From NCBI GenBank assembly GCA_951406725.2, contig OX597814.1, positions 164,982,001 through 165,046,000 on the forward strand: 64,000 nucleotides of DNA. The letters are read 5' to 3'. This document shows, in pieces, positions 1 to 13,091 of this stretch. Made by a program: the position numbers and the translations under genes. The notes under the pieces were generated by a model. The model was not told the DNA's origin. It searched no databases and worked only from the letters and a program-made list of their open reading frames with translations. Each line of letters starts with the position of its first letter. Position 1 is the stretch's first letter. Source of the DNA: Octopus vulgaris (Eukaryota).

Positions 1-551
1 AAAGTGTTTGTCTCCAATCCTTTCAGACGCGTCCACCAGATACATTCTTTCGCCATAGCCACAAGGATGATGAAAATAGCTCTTCCTTCCCGTTTGAAGG
101 AAGGAGGCGTGACAATATTGACGATAGACTCAGCTGATAAACCGACTCGTCCCACACGTGACAGCAGTTGTTCGACATAAGCCCACAGGTCGGAAATTGT
201 TGGACACTGCACGAGTGTGTGCAGAACGGTTTCGTCGCTCTGACCGCATCTCGGGCAGGTCGGCCCCGTGTTTCTCGAGCCGTGTCTGTAGAGCTTATCC
301 CGAACGGGTAGCGCTTCTCGGTAGCACTGCCAGGCCAGGGATCTCTGGAAGTTGTCCATGGGCCCTGGCCCGAAAGTCGTCCTGAACAGGCGGGTCAGGT
401 ACTCCTCGTCGACGTCCAGGTTCGCCCCGAGCTCGTCGTCGTACCTCCCCTCCACTAATCCCCTATAGAATGCTTTGGTTGTGTTGAAGTCACTCAAGGT
501 CGACCCGGGACGGCAGAGTTGCTTGAGAGCAACGCGACACTCGCGGTGCCA
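1..551 (-). mobile_element. L1/Tx1-clade non-LTR retrotransposon ORF2 C-terminal fragment (5'-truncated, runs off the window)
   Basis: Minus frame is open for ~183 codons: ...QRSLAWQCYREALPVRDKLYRHG...TCPRCGQSDETVLHTLVQCPTISDLW...AKECIWWTR. This is the zf-RVT-type CxxC..ET..H...C motif plus the (Y/C)IWxxR motif of L1/Tx1 ORF2. Confidence 0.85.
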
Positions 552-658
<107 letters not shown>

Positions 659-778
659 TATTTATCATGGGAAATAGTGTGTTGAAACAGGTATTGTTCT
701 ATTTAAGGATGGTTAGTTTTTGCTAATAAACACTCACACTATTAATTTGACCTTCACTTAAGTTTTATTATTATTATT

Positions 779-977
779 GGTGAGCTGGTACGCTGGACGT
801 AATGCTTAGTGGTATTTTGCCTGTCGCTATGTTCTGAGTTCAAATTCCGCTGAGGTCAACTTTTCCGTTCATGCTTTCAGAGTCGATAAAAGAAGTACCA
901 GTTGAACACTGGAGTCGATGTAATCTACTCATACCCCACCGCCCAAAATTGTTGCCCTTGTGACAAAGTTTGAAACC
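779..977 (+). mobile_element. tRNA-derived SINE family A
   Basis: B-box GTTCAAATTCC and shared body GAGGTCRACTTT..TTCAT.CTTTC.G.GTCGATAAA..AAGTACCAGT; matches about 9 other copies in the window. Confidence 0.8.
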
Positions 978-1229
978 ATTATTATTAGTAGTAGTTTATT
1001 TGTCAGAGTCCTTTTATCACACATCCTGTGACTTCAACGACTTTCTGTCCCTCGTGTCTCCCATAATAAAGTTGCTTTTGCTAAAGTGATACGTACCTAT
1101 TGTATCTATTTGTTCGTGTATCTCTTTCTCTCACTCTACGTGCGACTGTGTGTGTGTATGTGTGTGTGTATGTGTGTGTGTGTGCGTGTGTGTGGGTGAC
1201 TGAAACAACGATAAGAGATTTATCACACA

Positions 1230-1268
<39 letters not shown>

Positions 1269-1275
1269 ACACATA

Positions 1276-1502
1276 GTGGAGGCACATGGCCTAGTGGTTA
1301 GAGCAGCGGGCTCGCGGTCGAGGGACCGCGGGTTCGAATCTCAGACCGGGCGATGTGTGTGTTTATGAGCGAAAAACCTAAGCTCCACGCAGCCCCGGCA
1401 GAAGGTAATGCCGAACTTCTGTTAACTCTTTCGCCACAGCTTTCTCTCGCTCTTTCCTCCATCTTGCAGTTCACCTGCGACGGACCGGCGTCCCGTCCAG
1501 GT
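1276..1502 (+). mobile_element. tRNA-derived SINE family C (V-domain-like body), 3'-truncated
   Basis: A-box TGGCCTAGTGG, B-box GTTCGAATC, body CTGCGACGGACCGGCGTCCCGTCCAGG resembling the V-SINE core; shares this body with 38733-38985. Confidence 0.85.
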
Positions 1503-1775
1503 CATAAGGGCCGGTTTCCCGGTTTCCTTGGCGTATAGGTTCCACACCTGGACGGGACGCCGGTCCATCGCAGGTGAGCTGCAAGATGCAGGAAGAAAGA
1601 GTGAGAGAAAGTTATGGCGAAAGAGTCAGCAGAAGTTCACCATTACCTTCTGCCGTAGCTGCGTGGAGCTTAGGTGTTTCGCTCATAAACACACACATCG
1701 CCCGGTCTGAAATTCGAACCCGCGATCCCTCGACCGCGATTCCGCTGCTCTAACCACTAGGCCATGTGCCTCCAC
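1503..1775 (-). mobile_element. tRNA-derived SINE family C, inverted partner copy
   Basis: 1546-1775 is the reverse complement of 1276-1502 (~90% by eye); 1503-1545 is this copy's further 3' portion. Confidence 0.85.
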
Positions 1776-2187
1776 GCCAGTCTGAGTGCCCATTCTCTTT
1801 ATTCTCCTCCTCTATCTCTCTCTCTCTCCTACCCTCTTTTTTTCTCTCTCTCTCTCTCTCTCTCCCTCTCTCTGCATCACAAACATTATTTTTTTCTCCC
1901 CTCAAATACCTCAATGGTCACTAAAACTGGCTACGTCTTTTGTTCCTTGAATGCACATGCATTTATGCATGTGTGTAAGCATGATCACGCGTCCATGTGT
2001 GCGACCTCATATGTGTTTGCTTGTGAATTTGTGCGTGTTTGTCTGTATGTGTGTGTGCATGCGTGTTATGGGGTATCACTCACTAATTGAAATACAACCA
2101 CATGACCAAATCTTGCAATAAGCTGTACTTGCACGAAACCCGAACCAAATGGTTAGAGCGATGACCAAAATCTGCCAACTTAAAGAC

Positions 2188-2219
<32 letters not shown>

Positions 2220-2629
2220 TTACATCCACGCATATACGCACACTTGTACTTATTACATACACTTACAATATATACAAAGACTTCGCGTTTCAGTTGAAAT
2301 CCATGTCAAAAATGTGGAAAAGATTGACTGAGATATCCTCATACAAACACACAAACAGACCATTTCCTGCTTCTAGTAGCGTTTAGGTTCCTTGTGATGT
2401 CTTTGTAGTTGGTTTTGTGTTATCGGAGTAAGTCAGAGTTTTTGGCTCAAGGCAATAGTACTTGACTTAGTTTCACTTAACTGCTCTTATTTCCAGCAAG
2501 ACTTCCGGTCAGTATATATGTTCTTAATATTACCTGTAGCATATTGGGGAATGTCACCATGATATAGGCACGGAAATATGTGTGCGTTTGTATGTATGAA
2601 TGTATGTGTGTATTTATGTTTATAATTAA

Positions 2630-2682
<53 letters not shown>

Positions 2683-2763
2683 CACATACACACATATATA
2701 TATACATACATACATATATATATATACATATACATACATATACATAATTTGCATATATACGTG

Positions 2764-2795
<32 letters not shown>

Positions 2796-3599
2796 CATAT
2801 ATATATACATATATACATATATACATATATATATACATATATATGTGTGTACATGTATGTATATACCGTTCTGTATATGTATGCATGCGTGTGTTTATGT
2901 TTGTCTGCGATTGTATGTATGCATATATGTCTGCGTGTGTATGCGTGTGTATGTGCGTGTGTGTGTGTATGCGTGTATATATATGTGTGTGTGTGTGTAT
3001 GTGAGTGTGTGTTTTCATTCCTTTCCTGTACATCGAATGAACCCTATCCCAATAAATCCTCTGGTATCTTCCTCCACGAAGTAACATGTTGCTTTCCATC
3101 TACAATTTTTTGCAGTATTCAAATCAGCTTACTGTGTCTTGTCTTTCCTGTTAAAAGCATCGTTTGTGACCACCCAACTCTACTATTTTTACTGAGACTC
3201 TTTCTTTGCGTTACATGACGAAATTAAGTTTGTTGATGGTAAAAAAATTCACCCTTAGATGGTAATGTTGTTCTTACAGTGACTGGCATGTAGTGTTCAC
3301 CCTTCTTTCAAAACTTTATTCTACACCTCCAATACCTGTGATCATTTGCCGTGGTTAATTACCTTTACCCTTTCTTCCAGCGCATCAACCATGCTTCTAT
3401 GCGATATGTCACGAGGCCGTCTGTAACTCTGCTTCATCATCCTCATCTTCACGTTTTTAAGCCTCTCACTTATTCATTTAAATGACGCATAGAAAACCTA
3501 AGCTACCTTTTTAGCTCCATACCTTCGAAGTTAATAGCAGCTGGGCAGTGGAGGAACTTGTGCAAGTGACAACATTCTGACATACCGATTTCTTTACTA

Positions 3600-3806
3600 C
3601 CCACAAGGGGCTATATAAACACAGAGAGGACAAACAAGTACAGACAAACGGATTAAGTCGATTATATCGACCCCAGTACGTAACTGGTACTTATTTAATC
3701 GACCCCGAAAGGATGAAAGGTAAAGTCGACCTCGGTCGAATTTGAACTCAGAACGTAGCGGCAGGCGTTTCGCCCGGCGTGCTAACGTTTCTGACATCTC
3801 GCCGCC
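3600..3806 (-). mobile_element. SINE family A (variant 3' tail)
   Basis: Reverse complement of the family A head and body (GGCGGCGAG..., GTTCAAATTC, GTCGACTTT.CCTTTCATCCTTTCGGGGTCGAT). Confidence 0.8.
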
Positions 3807-4045
3807 CTAACATCTGGTATATTTTATGGACTAGATCCACAAGTTAGATGATACTGCGATAGATGGAGAGCCTTTCAGCTTCTTTGGCAATCTCCCACAT
3901 TCCCAAATAAACTCTCTCATCCCTGGATGTATTCCGAAGCCCGAAAGTGTATATAATGTGCCATTTAGCTCTTTCACATTGTAAAAATGTTTGACTTAGT
4001 CAAGTATCTCTGGACCATCATCAGATTAACAAGCGAACTAGCACG

Positions 4046-4090
<45 letters not shown>

Positions 4091-4431
4091 ACACTCACGC
4101 ATTCACTGACACACACACACAGCCATATACAGAAACAGACGCAAATGCACACAACCATAAGCACTTAAGTGTACATACATACATAGACAGCACATACGGA
4201 TATGTGTGAGTGCGTATGCAAGCGTGTGTGCGAAAGAGTGTGAATGTATGTGTCTAAGTAGCTGGCTGTGTCTATATTAGAAATGTGTGTGAGTAGATAT
4301 AATGTTTTGTTTTTTGTTTGTTCTTTCTTTTTGTCACTAGACATTCAATATTTTTGCAGAGAACAGTGTCTCGTTGATTACGTCATTTTTCTCAATATCT
4401 GTTCTTGGTGACCACAGTACGGTAGACAGAC

Positions 4432-4592
<161 letters not shown>

Positions 4593-4701
4593 TAGGTTAT
4601 CTTGTAATATCGCTTGCTACATGTGTGTATAATATGCCTTAGTATTTTTTACTAGATACAAGGCTACTTTAGTAGAGATTAAAAGGTGTAACTGAGAACA
4701 A

Positions 4702-4733
<32 letters not shown>

Positions 4734-5154
4734 TCTCTCTCTCTCTCTCGATATGATATATATTTATTATATTTATATTACGGCGATCGAGCCACGAAGG
4801 TGATTTTAGAAATGTGCTGCTGCTCTGTCAAAATAAAAATTACATATTTGTTGTGTATGCGACGCCGATCATTTCACTGCTGCAGTGGATTTGATGTCGC
4901 TAACGAAGAAACAATGAAAAGTGGCGTACGTGATATATTTGTGTTTTATGTGCGTGTGATTTTGGTCTGATAACCTGAATGTAATATAGGAACTTTATAC
5001 ATATATACATACATACAAATATATATATATGTACATGGACAGATATACACAAGTACATATGATATATGCACACATACATACACACACATCTACATGTGCG
5101 TGTGTATGTTTGTGTGTGTATGTTTGTGTGTGTGTGCGTGTGTATGTTTGTGTA

Positions 5155-5194
<40 letters not shown>

Positions 5195-5208
5195 AATGTG
5201 TGTATTAG

Positions 5209-5470
5209 ACGCAGGCTTGGTTCTGTAGTAAGAAGTTTGTTTCCCAACCTCGTGGCTCCGGGTTCAGTCCCACTGCGCCTGAGTGAACTTTGGTAGTGCG
5301 AAACTGAAAGAAGTCCGTCGTACACACACACAAACACACACACATACACACACACACACACTTACACGCACGCACATACACACAAACACGCACACAACAC
5401 ACATATACATGTGTGTGTTTGTATCTCTTTGTCCCCCATGACCGCTTGACAACCAAAGTTGCGGTTTAAC
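5209..5470 (+). mobile_element. tRNA-derived SINE family B, internally deleted
   Basis: GGTTCAGTCCCACTGCG head and GAAACTGAAAGAAG.CCGTCG body shared with 16343-16753 and 17582-17968; internal CA/GT microsatellite. Confidence 0.7.
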
Positions 5471-6071
5471 GATGTTAAAGTCCACAATGACGGCTTGTAT
5501 CCGAGATTAATGATAAATTTATATAAGTTCACAACCGACTTTCCTTTCCATTCCAATTCACTTATGTTACTATTTCCATAAATATTATATTTGGTGTAGT
5601 CATCATTTTTACGAACATTGTTGTTGCTTGTTTCATAGTCTAGGTACAATAAATAAGCTAAGTTTTATGAGAAGATGCTAGGTATTACATCCAAATTCAC
5701 ATATCTGTAAAACCGAATGTTAAAATCTAATCTGTGCCATCTTAAATGCAAATTAATAGTACACCAGAGTTGTTATTCAAGTGTCTTCTATTTTCCAATG
5801 TTCATATTCATGAAATATAAGTTAGCTGCTTTAATTTTGCGTAAAAGTGTTTATTTTTCTTAAAGGAATACATGTTTACACTGTACACTCTTTAAAGCTG
5901 ATTTTTGAGTATATTATTACTATATAATATCCTGACTGATAAAGCTGAATAGTAAAGTTTTTAAAATATTTCTTTACACTATAATATGTATTCAAGTTCA
6001 ATCAATCATACAACATTTATAAAACGATGCCGCTTCAGGCAAGAAATATTTTTATTACATTTTAATTCACT

Positions 6072-6258
6072 GGCGTTGAGCTTGCAGAATCGTTAGCTGT
6101 ATTTCGTCCGTCTTTGCGTTCTGAGTTCAAATTCTGCTGAGGTCAACTATGCTTTTCATCCCTTCGGGTTCGATAAGATAAGTACCAGTTGATCACTGAG
6201 GCCGATGTAATCGACTTGTCCCCGCCCTGAAATTGTTGGTTTTATGCCTATAATTAAG
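6072..6258 (+). mobile_element. SINE family A
   Basis: Family A head, B-box and body. Confidence 0.8.
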
Positions 6259-6278
6259 AGGATTATCTTTTAAACCAT

Positions 6279-6492
6279 TGGCGGAGAGCTGGCTGGATAG
6301 TTAGTACATCAAGCAAAATGCTTAGCGGCATTTCGTCCGTCTTTATCTTTCTAAGTTCAAATTCCGCCGCGGTCGACTTTGCCTTTCATCCTTTCGGCGT
6401 CGATAAAATAAACACCGGTTGGTCACTGGAGTCGATGTTATCGACTTACCAACGCCCCGGGAATTGCTGGCTCTGCGCCAAAATTTGAAATC
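6279..6492 (+). mobile_element. SINE family A (tandem with the previous copy)
   Basis: GGCGGAGAGCTGG head, GTTCAAATTCC, GTCGACTTTGCCTTTCATCCTTTCGG body, GCCAAAATTTGAAA tail. Confidence 0.85.
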
Positions 6493-6792
6493 ATTGTAAT
6501 TTTATTCATTCCAGCGAAGTTGACGTTGCTTCTCACCATTTTTGAAGTGGATGAAATAACGTACAAATCATCTGTAACGTATTAACCACACATTCTAAAA
6601 TTACAAGGCTTGTACCCACCCCCAAGATAGAATTAAATGTAGTGAGCTAGCTCCAATTCTCATTGTAGCTATTTTACACGCACATTTACACACATACACA
6701 CATATACATAAACATACATAATACATACATACATACATACATGCATACATACATACATACATAATACATACATACATACATACATACATACA

Positions 6793-6825
<33 letters not shown>

Positions 6826-6945
6826 TATCTTATTTTATCTATAAGACTGCCATATTAATATGGCGATAACAATTAATTTCCAGTAACTCTGCCGTAATCT
6901 CTTTTAGAGAGACTTAGTAATTTTAATATTTCTATTATATATATA

Positions 6946-7063
<118 letters not shown>

Positions 7064-7138
7064 TATAGGAGCATAGTTCGATTTGTTTTTGCTCCGCCTC
7101 TGTTCTGTTTTTGTTTTTCCAACGGATTTCCTATTTTC

Positions 7139-7218
7139 TTCCTGAAGAGAAAGACACAATATGGTCCCATTATTCAATCGGATTTTGGTAATTTGTGCCT
7201 TTCGAAACACGTGTAGAA
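7139..7218 (+). ncRNA. Minimal type-I hammerhead ribozyme
   Basis: ttc-CTGAAGA-GAAAGACACAA...TTGTGCCTTTC-GAAAC-ACGT-GTA-gaa: intact core, ~10-bp stem II, palindromic stem III ACACGTGT. Same family as 62308-62393. Confidence 0.75.
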
Positions 7219-7423
7219 TGAAATAAAACGATTTCTGTTCAATCTGCGTTCAGCTCCATTTCTTCAATTCACCAATAATGTTTTAATTTCAATTATCCGC
7301 ACCAACGCACGGTTGCAACACCATATGGTTGTACCTCCAACCGTGCTGTTTACTGCTGTGATTTTTGCTACTAAGGTATCGGTTAAACTTTTGATTAATC
7401 TACTACAAGATTATTCATCTTTC

Positions 7424-7465
<42 letters not shown>

Positions 7466-7502
7466 TACTAATTTGTGTATAATATATATATATATATATA
7501 TA

Positions 7503-7713
7503 CGGTAATAACGGATTTTTTAGAAATTTCTATCGGTTTGTTTCGGGACGCATAAATTATAATGGTTATTGACAATTTTGTCTTTTTTTTCGGCATATTT
7601 GGCAATAGAATTTTTCTTTTGGCCTTATTTTGTAAATTATTTATAAATTTGACCTTTAAAGGTATTTTTTTGATATGCTGGCCAATTCCCGAAAAAAATT
7701 TTATCCTACATTA
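7503..7713 (+). repeat. Putative PLE terminal-repeat fragment, same family as 21220-21640
   Basis: Reverse-complement match to 21220-21424; embedded in (TA)n. Confidence 0.7.
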
Positions 7714-7714
7714 G

Positions 7715-7749
<35 letters not shown>

Positions 7750-8232
7750 TTAAAAATAGGATAAATTCTTTATAAGAATGTATCAAGTAGTTAGCGTGAA
7801 AAACCTCATAAGAGAAAAAATCCATCAATTTTTTCACTTTAATATATTTATTTATATTATATAGAGGGCATTACTATATATAAATGCCACACGCTAGGAG
7901 GGGATTTTAAAGTCAAAACTACCAAAATAAATAAACACATCGTACCGAATGCAACTCTCGAAGCAAGTCACTTAAAAACAAATTTAGCTGCAGATCACCG
8001 TCATTTCATAATAAGTGCAGTAATGTACTTTTTAATCATTAGTGCAAGCATAATTCAAGATTTATAACGAATGAACAAAATCAACATACCAGACGAAAAA
8101 CCAATGTACCCAACGTAGCATATAGAAATGTTCACCCTTTATACATCTATGTAAATGGCGGGCTTTTTCGAATTACATTTCGGTAACAACGTGCTTATTC
8201 GGAATAAAAGTTCAGTACTGAATATACCTCAT

Positions 8233-10396
8233 ATCCTTCTCCTGTCTCCCCCACCGCCTCTAACCTCATTTTCCGCAATCCTCACACCCCCACAATTTAC
8301 TTCTTCCCCAAAATCCACAAACCTAACAACTCTGGCCGCCCAACGTCCCCGCCTGCAACTGCCCCACCGAATATATCTTGACCGTGTCCTTGCCTCTCTT
8401 CTCAAATCCATGACACCAACCATGCTCTTCGTTTGTTCAACTCTTTTTCTTTCCCTCCTAGTCCTTCTAAACTTCTCTTCACTCTTGACATCAAGAGCCT
8501 ATACACGGTGATCCCACACTATGAGAGGCTGCGTGCACTCCAACATTTTCTTGACCTTCGACCCAACCCCCAACCTGACACATCCATACTCCTCCGTCTG
8601 GCGAACATGTCCTCTCACTTACCTTCTTCTCCTTCGCGGATGATTTTTACCTTCAGTACTCGGGAGTGGCCATGGGAATGAGAATGGGCCCCCAACTATG
8701 CGAACATGTTCGTTGGCTACGTTGAGACCCAAATATTCTCAAGTTTCACTGGTGCCACTCCCGAGCTATACGATCGTTATATTGACGACTGTATCGGTGC
8801 GACCTCACTCCTCTGAAAACATCTAGACTCCTTCTTCTCTTTTGTCAAATCTTTCCATCCTGCCTTCCACTTCTCCTGCACTATTTCCGATACTTCAGTC
8901 GCCTTTCTCGACATTTCAGTCAGCTTTCATCACTCCACTCTCACCACCTCCATCCACTACAAACATACAAACTAACACTCATACCTCAACTTTACCTCGC
9001 CACTTCATCCTACGTGGATATACCCTCACTGGTATCCACACCGTCCCTGCCAGAGCACATTCCGTGGACCGCGCATCTGCTCTCTCCCCCCGCACCTGCC
9101 CCGCCGTCACCTGTCTCCCGTTTCCTTTCACCTACCACCTCACCACCCTACCTCTCCAACGAACCATTCTCCGAGCCTTCCGGCGACTCCACTCTGACCC
9201 CTCCACTTCGTACAACTTCCCTAACCGACCCCTCCCCTCCTTCAAATGATCCCTCAACCTACGAGACCACTTGGTCCACAGCTTCTTCCCTAACCCAACC
9301 TCCCAACCGACTCGTTCCCCTGCTCCCGCACACGCTGCCACACTTGCCTTTACCTCTCCAACACCACCCTCCTCACAGGCACCCATTATCGAACCTATCA
9401 TATAACTGACTCCTTCACCTGCACTTCTAGCAACGTCATCTACTGCATCTCCTGCTCTCTCTGTCCTTCTCTATACATCGTTCAAACGGGACGCCGCTTT
9501 GCTGACCGGTTCGCGGGACACCTCTGAGACATCAGACTCAGCAATGACACCCTGGTCTCGCGCCATTTCCGCTCTACCTGTCATACTTTACAACACCTGT
9601 CTGTGTTCTGATTGTCCTTGCACAGAGGTCATCCGGACTCCCGTCTTCGCCGTGAACAGGGATTAGTCTTCTCTTCACTCCTTTGCGCCCCAAGGGCTCA
9701 ACTCTCCATCTAACCCTCCTCCTCTCCCCCTCTCCCCCTCTTCCTCTCCCTTCTACTTCCTTCCACCCACCTCTCCTCTCTTGCTATGACCCCTACTTCA
9801 CCTCTTCACTCCTACTCACCTTCTCCCTTCATAGTCACCCCTCCCTCGTTACCTACACATTCCAGCCCCACCATCCCTATACATCCCATACCACCCACCC
9901 ATCCCTTACACCCCATCATTGCTTCCCCCACTCTTGCCTCCCCCAGATCCCAACTCCACCACACCACCACACCACACACCACATCACACCATCCAGTACA
10001 CACTAGCACTGACCACTTCCCAGCACCCACACCATCATCCACACACCTACACATGTACACACGCACACGTCAAGGTCACCAGCTCCCTTCCACACGCACA
10101 TACACGCTCTCACATACATCCGCACGCGCACATTCGTTTTGGAATCATCACTACTTCATTATTTCCCCTTCTTCCTAGCTCTCCTGAGTGACCCCCTCTG
10201 TCTGGCATTCGTCATGATAGATCGCTAGGCATTAAACCTTTTTTTCTATTTTCTCTCCCTGTTTATTTCTGCGTTCCTTTCTGTTGAAGAGCGTAGGCTC
10301 GAAACGTAAAACACTCTCACTTCCCAAGAGTTAAACTAATACATCTGTTTGTTGTTTACACACCCCTCTTCGTCTTTTGTTCTTTTGTAAATTCTC
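8233..10396 (+). mobile_element. Penelope-like element (Neptune-type), 5'-truncated and degraded RT + GIY-YIG, C-rich 3' UTR and terminal repeat
   Basis: Motifs PKIHKPN, LFTLDIKSLYTVIPH, GVAMG..MG, NYANMFVGYVE, RYIDDCIG, FLDI, NLRDHLVHS, RCHTC linker, FTCTSSNVIYCISCSLCPSLYIVQTGRRFADRF, APxGLN. Contains frameshifts, stops and an internal deletion near 9000. Confidence 0.9.
10278..10311 (+). ncRNA. Hammerhead-like motif (CUGU core variant) in the PLE terminal repeat
   Basis: ttt-CTGTTGA-A-GAGC gtag GCTC-GAAAC-GTA-aaa; homologous to 58641-58676. Confidence 0.55.
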
Positions 10397-10797
10397 GGTA
10401 CATATATACATAAATATATATATACCTGTCACATAAACACATCTACAAAAATGTTTAAAATCAACGATTCGAAATCTTGTGTGAGATTTTTCAGTACTGT
10501 AACAAGTACTTTCATACGATGACAAGGGGAACGTAAAATTTCTACGTATCACAATATCCAAGATGTCATATTTTATGAAGCAGTACTCCCACTTTCTTCC
10601 CTTTCTCTGTCTCACACACTTTAATTCTGCAGTCGACACCCTTTCCCTGCTTCGCGACCTATACATACGTACATGCACGCGTACATAAATACATACATAT
10701 ATATAAACATGATATATACACGGGCATATTATATATATATTATATTTATATGTATATATACATATATATACATATACATATATATATATACACATAT

Positions 10798-10911
<114 letters not shown>

Positions 10912-13018
10912 GTATGTACATGTTCTTACACATACTTTCTTCCCCTTTTCTCACACTTTATCTTTGTATTCGACAAATACCCTTTCTGTTTCTCTTGAAC
11001 TTTTCTCGTACACATAAACACATACACTCACACACACACACACACAGACGCACACACACACAGACACACAAGTATATATGTATGTGAATATGTACATATA
11101 TACGCTCTATCTCACATTTTGTATTTTCGGAATTTATTTATCTTTACACATTTCGTCAAAATATATATCATAGTGATTCACACATCTCTGATAATTCCCA
11201 TATTTCAAATAACTAATGAACACATTCACTCTATCTGTCCCTTGTTTTATTTCGACGAGAGGAAAGGAAAAGAGGGGAAAAAAGACGAAACAAGAACACA
11301 AAAGAAGCTTGTGCAGAATGTTGGTCAGTGGAACATAAAAAAAAGTGTAGAATAGACATTGATTTCTCTGTGTCCGCCATTAAAATACAGCATATTTACA
11401 GAAGAAATATTAATATTAACTTACCTTCACCTAAACTACGCCCTTCATGTTAATAGTAATATAAATGAAACCAACTCCTATCTTGACGCCCCGTGGCTAA
11501 TACACATTTCTCACGTACTTACTACATGAGTAATATACTGCCTCAATGGCTAACGTGTCACTCAACTGGTTGATTACTTATTTCTGTGTTAAACGCGTTA
11601 CTTAACAAGTTGGTTGCTAATTTTCTTGTCAATTGTATGTAAACCTACGACACAACAATTAATCCTCTATGTGATCGTTCGACTAGTTAGAAATAGCAGC
11701 CAAACCACGCCCATCTAATATAAGAATACATATATATTTGGTAATGATATAGGGTGTACACGACGCCAAAGAAAGTGAAAAAGGGGTTCTGGTGGTAGAA
11801 ACGTCATCGATCATAACACATTTTTGCAGTAACTTGTCTCATGATGCACAAACGCTTTTTATTGTCTGTTTTAGGATATCTTTTAACACTGACTTCAAGT
11901 ATGTAATTGCAGCCAATAACACGGCTTCCTATTATTGAGCCTGGTCGTAGTTCACTTATTTTCGTTCGTAGTAGAAGTTCTCTCGACATCGTTTACAAGC
12001 GCCTGATTCGGGTTCAGAAGTTACAGTCCGAGTTGTTATCTGTAATCGTAAAAATTAAAAGTAATCCAAATTCAATGTTTACTTGAAACAATAAATTTCT
12101 ATAGAGATTAGGATTTAAATTCCAATCTATGAAAAGTTTCCGTTCTACAATATTCTTAAAGGAACGAAAAATTATCCAGCAACACAGGTTATTGTGAACG
12201 AGCCTGATAGGTGTAAAAGACTAACTGGCATCTCTTGTCAAGAGTACAGTTGACAGTCAAGTGACAGTTAGATGGTGTTTGTTTGCACTCCGCTGTCATT
12301 TTATTGTTGATATTCTGTGCATCTATACGTAAGGATCAGTTGTGTTTTGCAGGGTTGCTTTATTTTTACTCTTAACTTTGAAATGGAGAAAGACATAGTG
12401 CTAGACATAAAAAAGTAAGCCATTTGGGGTTAGAAATAAAGCGGGAAAATATGAAATTCTTTGAGCAGGCATGCGTCTTATGCGAAATCTATGATGAACC
12501 CGAGTTCATTTCATAAGTTGATTGTGAATCAAACTATAATCTCCAAAGAAGAGAATGAACTCTAAATTTATTGCATCATATTGTATAACTTACGTATGTC
12601 ATAAAATAAATGGCAGTCGAACACTTTGCTATTTGAACACTTTGTTAGCCAGGTTCCTACATTAAATGGTGCTGAGATGATTGGCTGGATTTAATTATTT
12701 CTTCAATTATTATGTATGCATTTGCATATATGTATATTAGTTAGAGCTAAACTTAAATACGTTTTAAACAGGTATGACTAACTATGAGGAAGTATGGTGA
12801 GATGAAGACCCACCAACTCGGCACAACGGTTGCTACAGGCCTACAAAAATTAATGCAACGCGTTAGTTATTATGAAATCATACGTGTTCCTTCTGACAGG
12901 TTCGGATGACTATCAGTAGATGGCCTGAAGATCGATGGTCAGACCATACAACAATACATCAAAAACAGAGTTTATACACTATGTAAGATTCCAATACCTT
13001 ATGAGTGAGATCCAGCAG

Positions 13019-13091
<73 letters not shown>

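Noticed and set aside
3030-3500. Possible very old RTE-type LINE 3' fragment
   Set aside because: Only faint motif resemblance; cannot be supported without a profile search.
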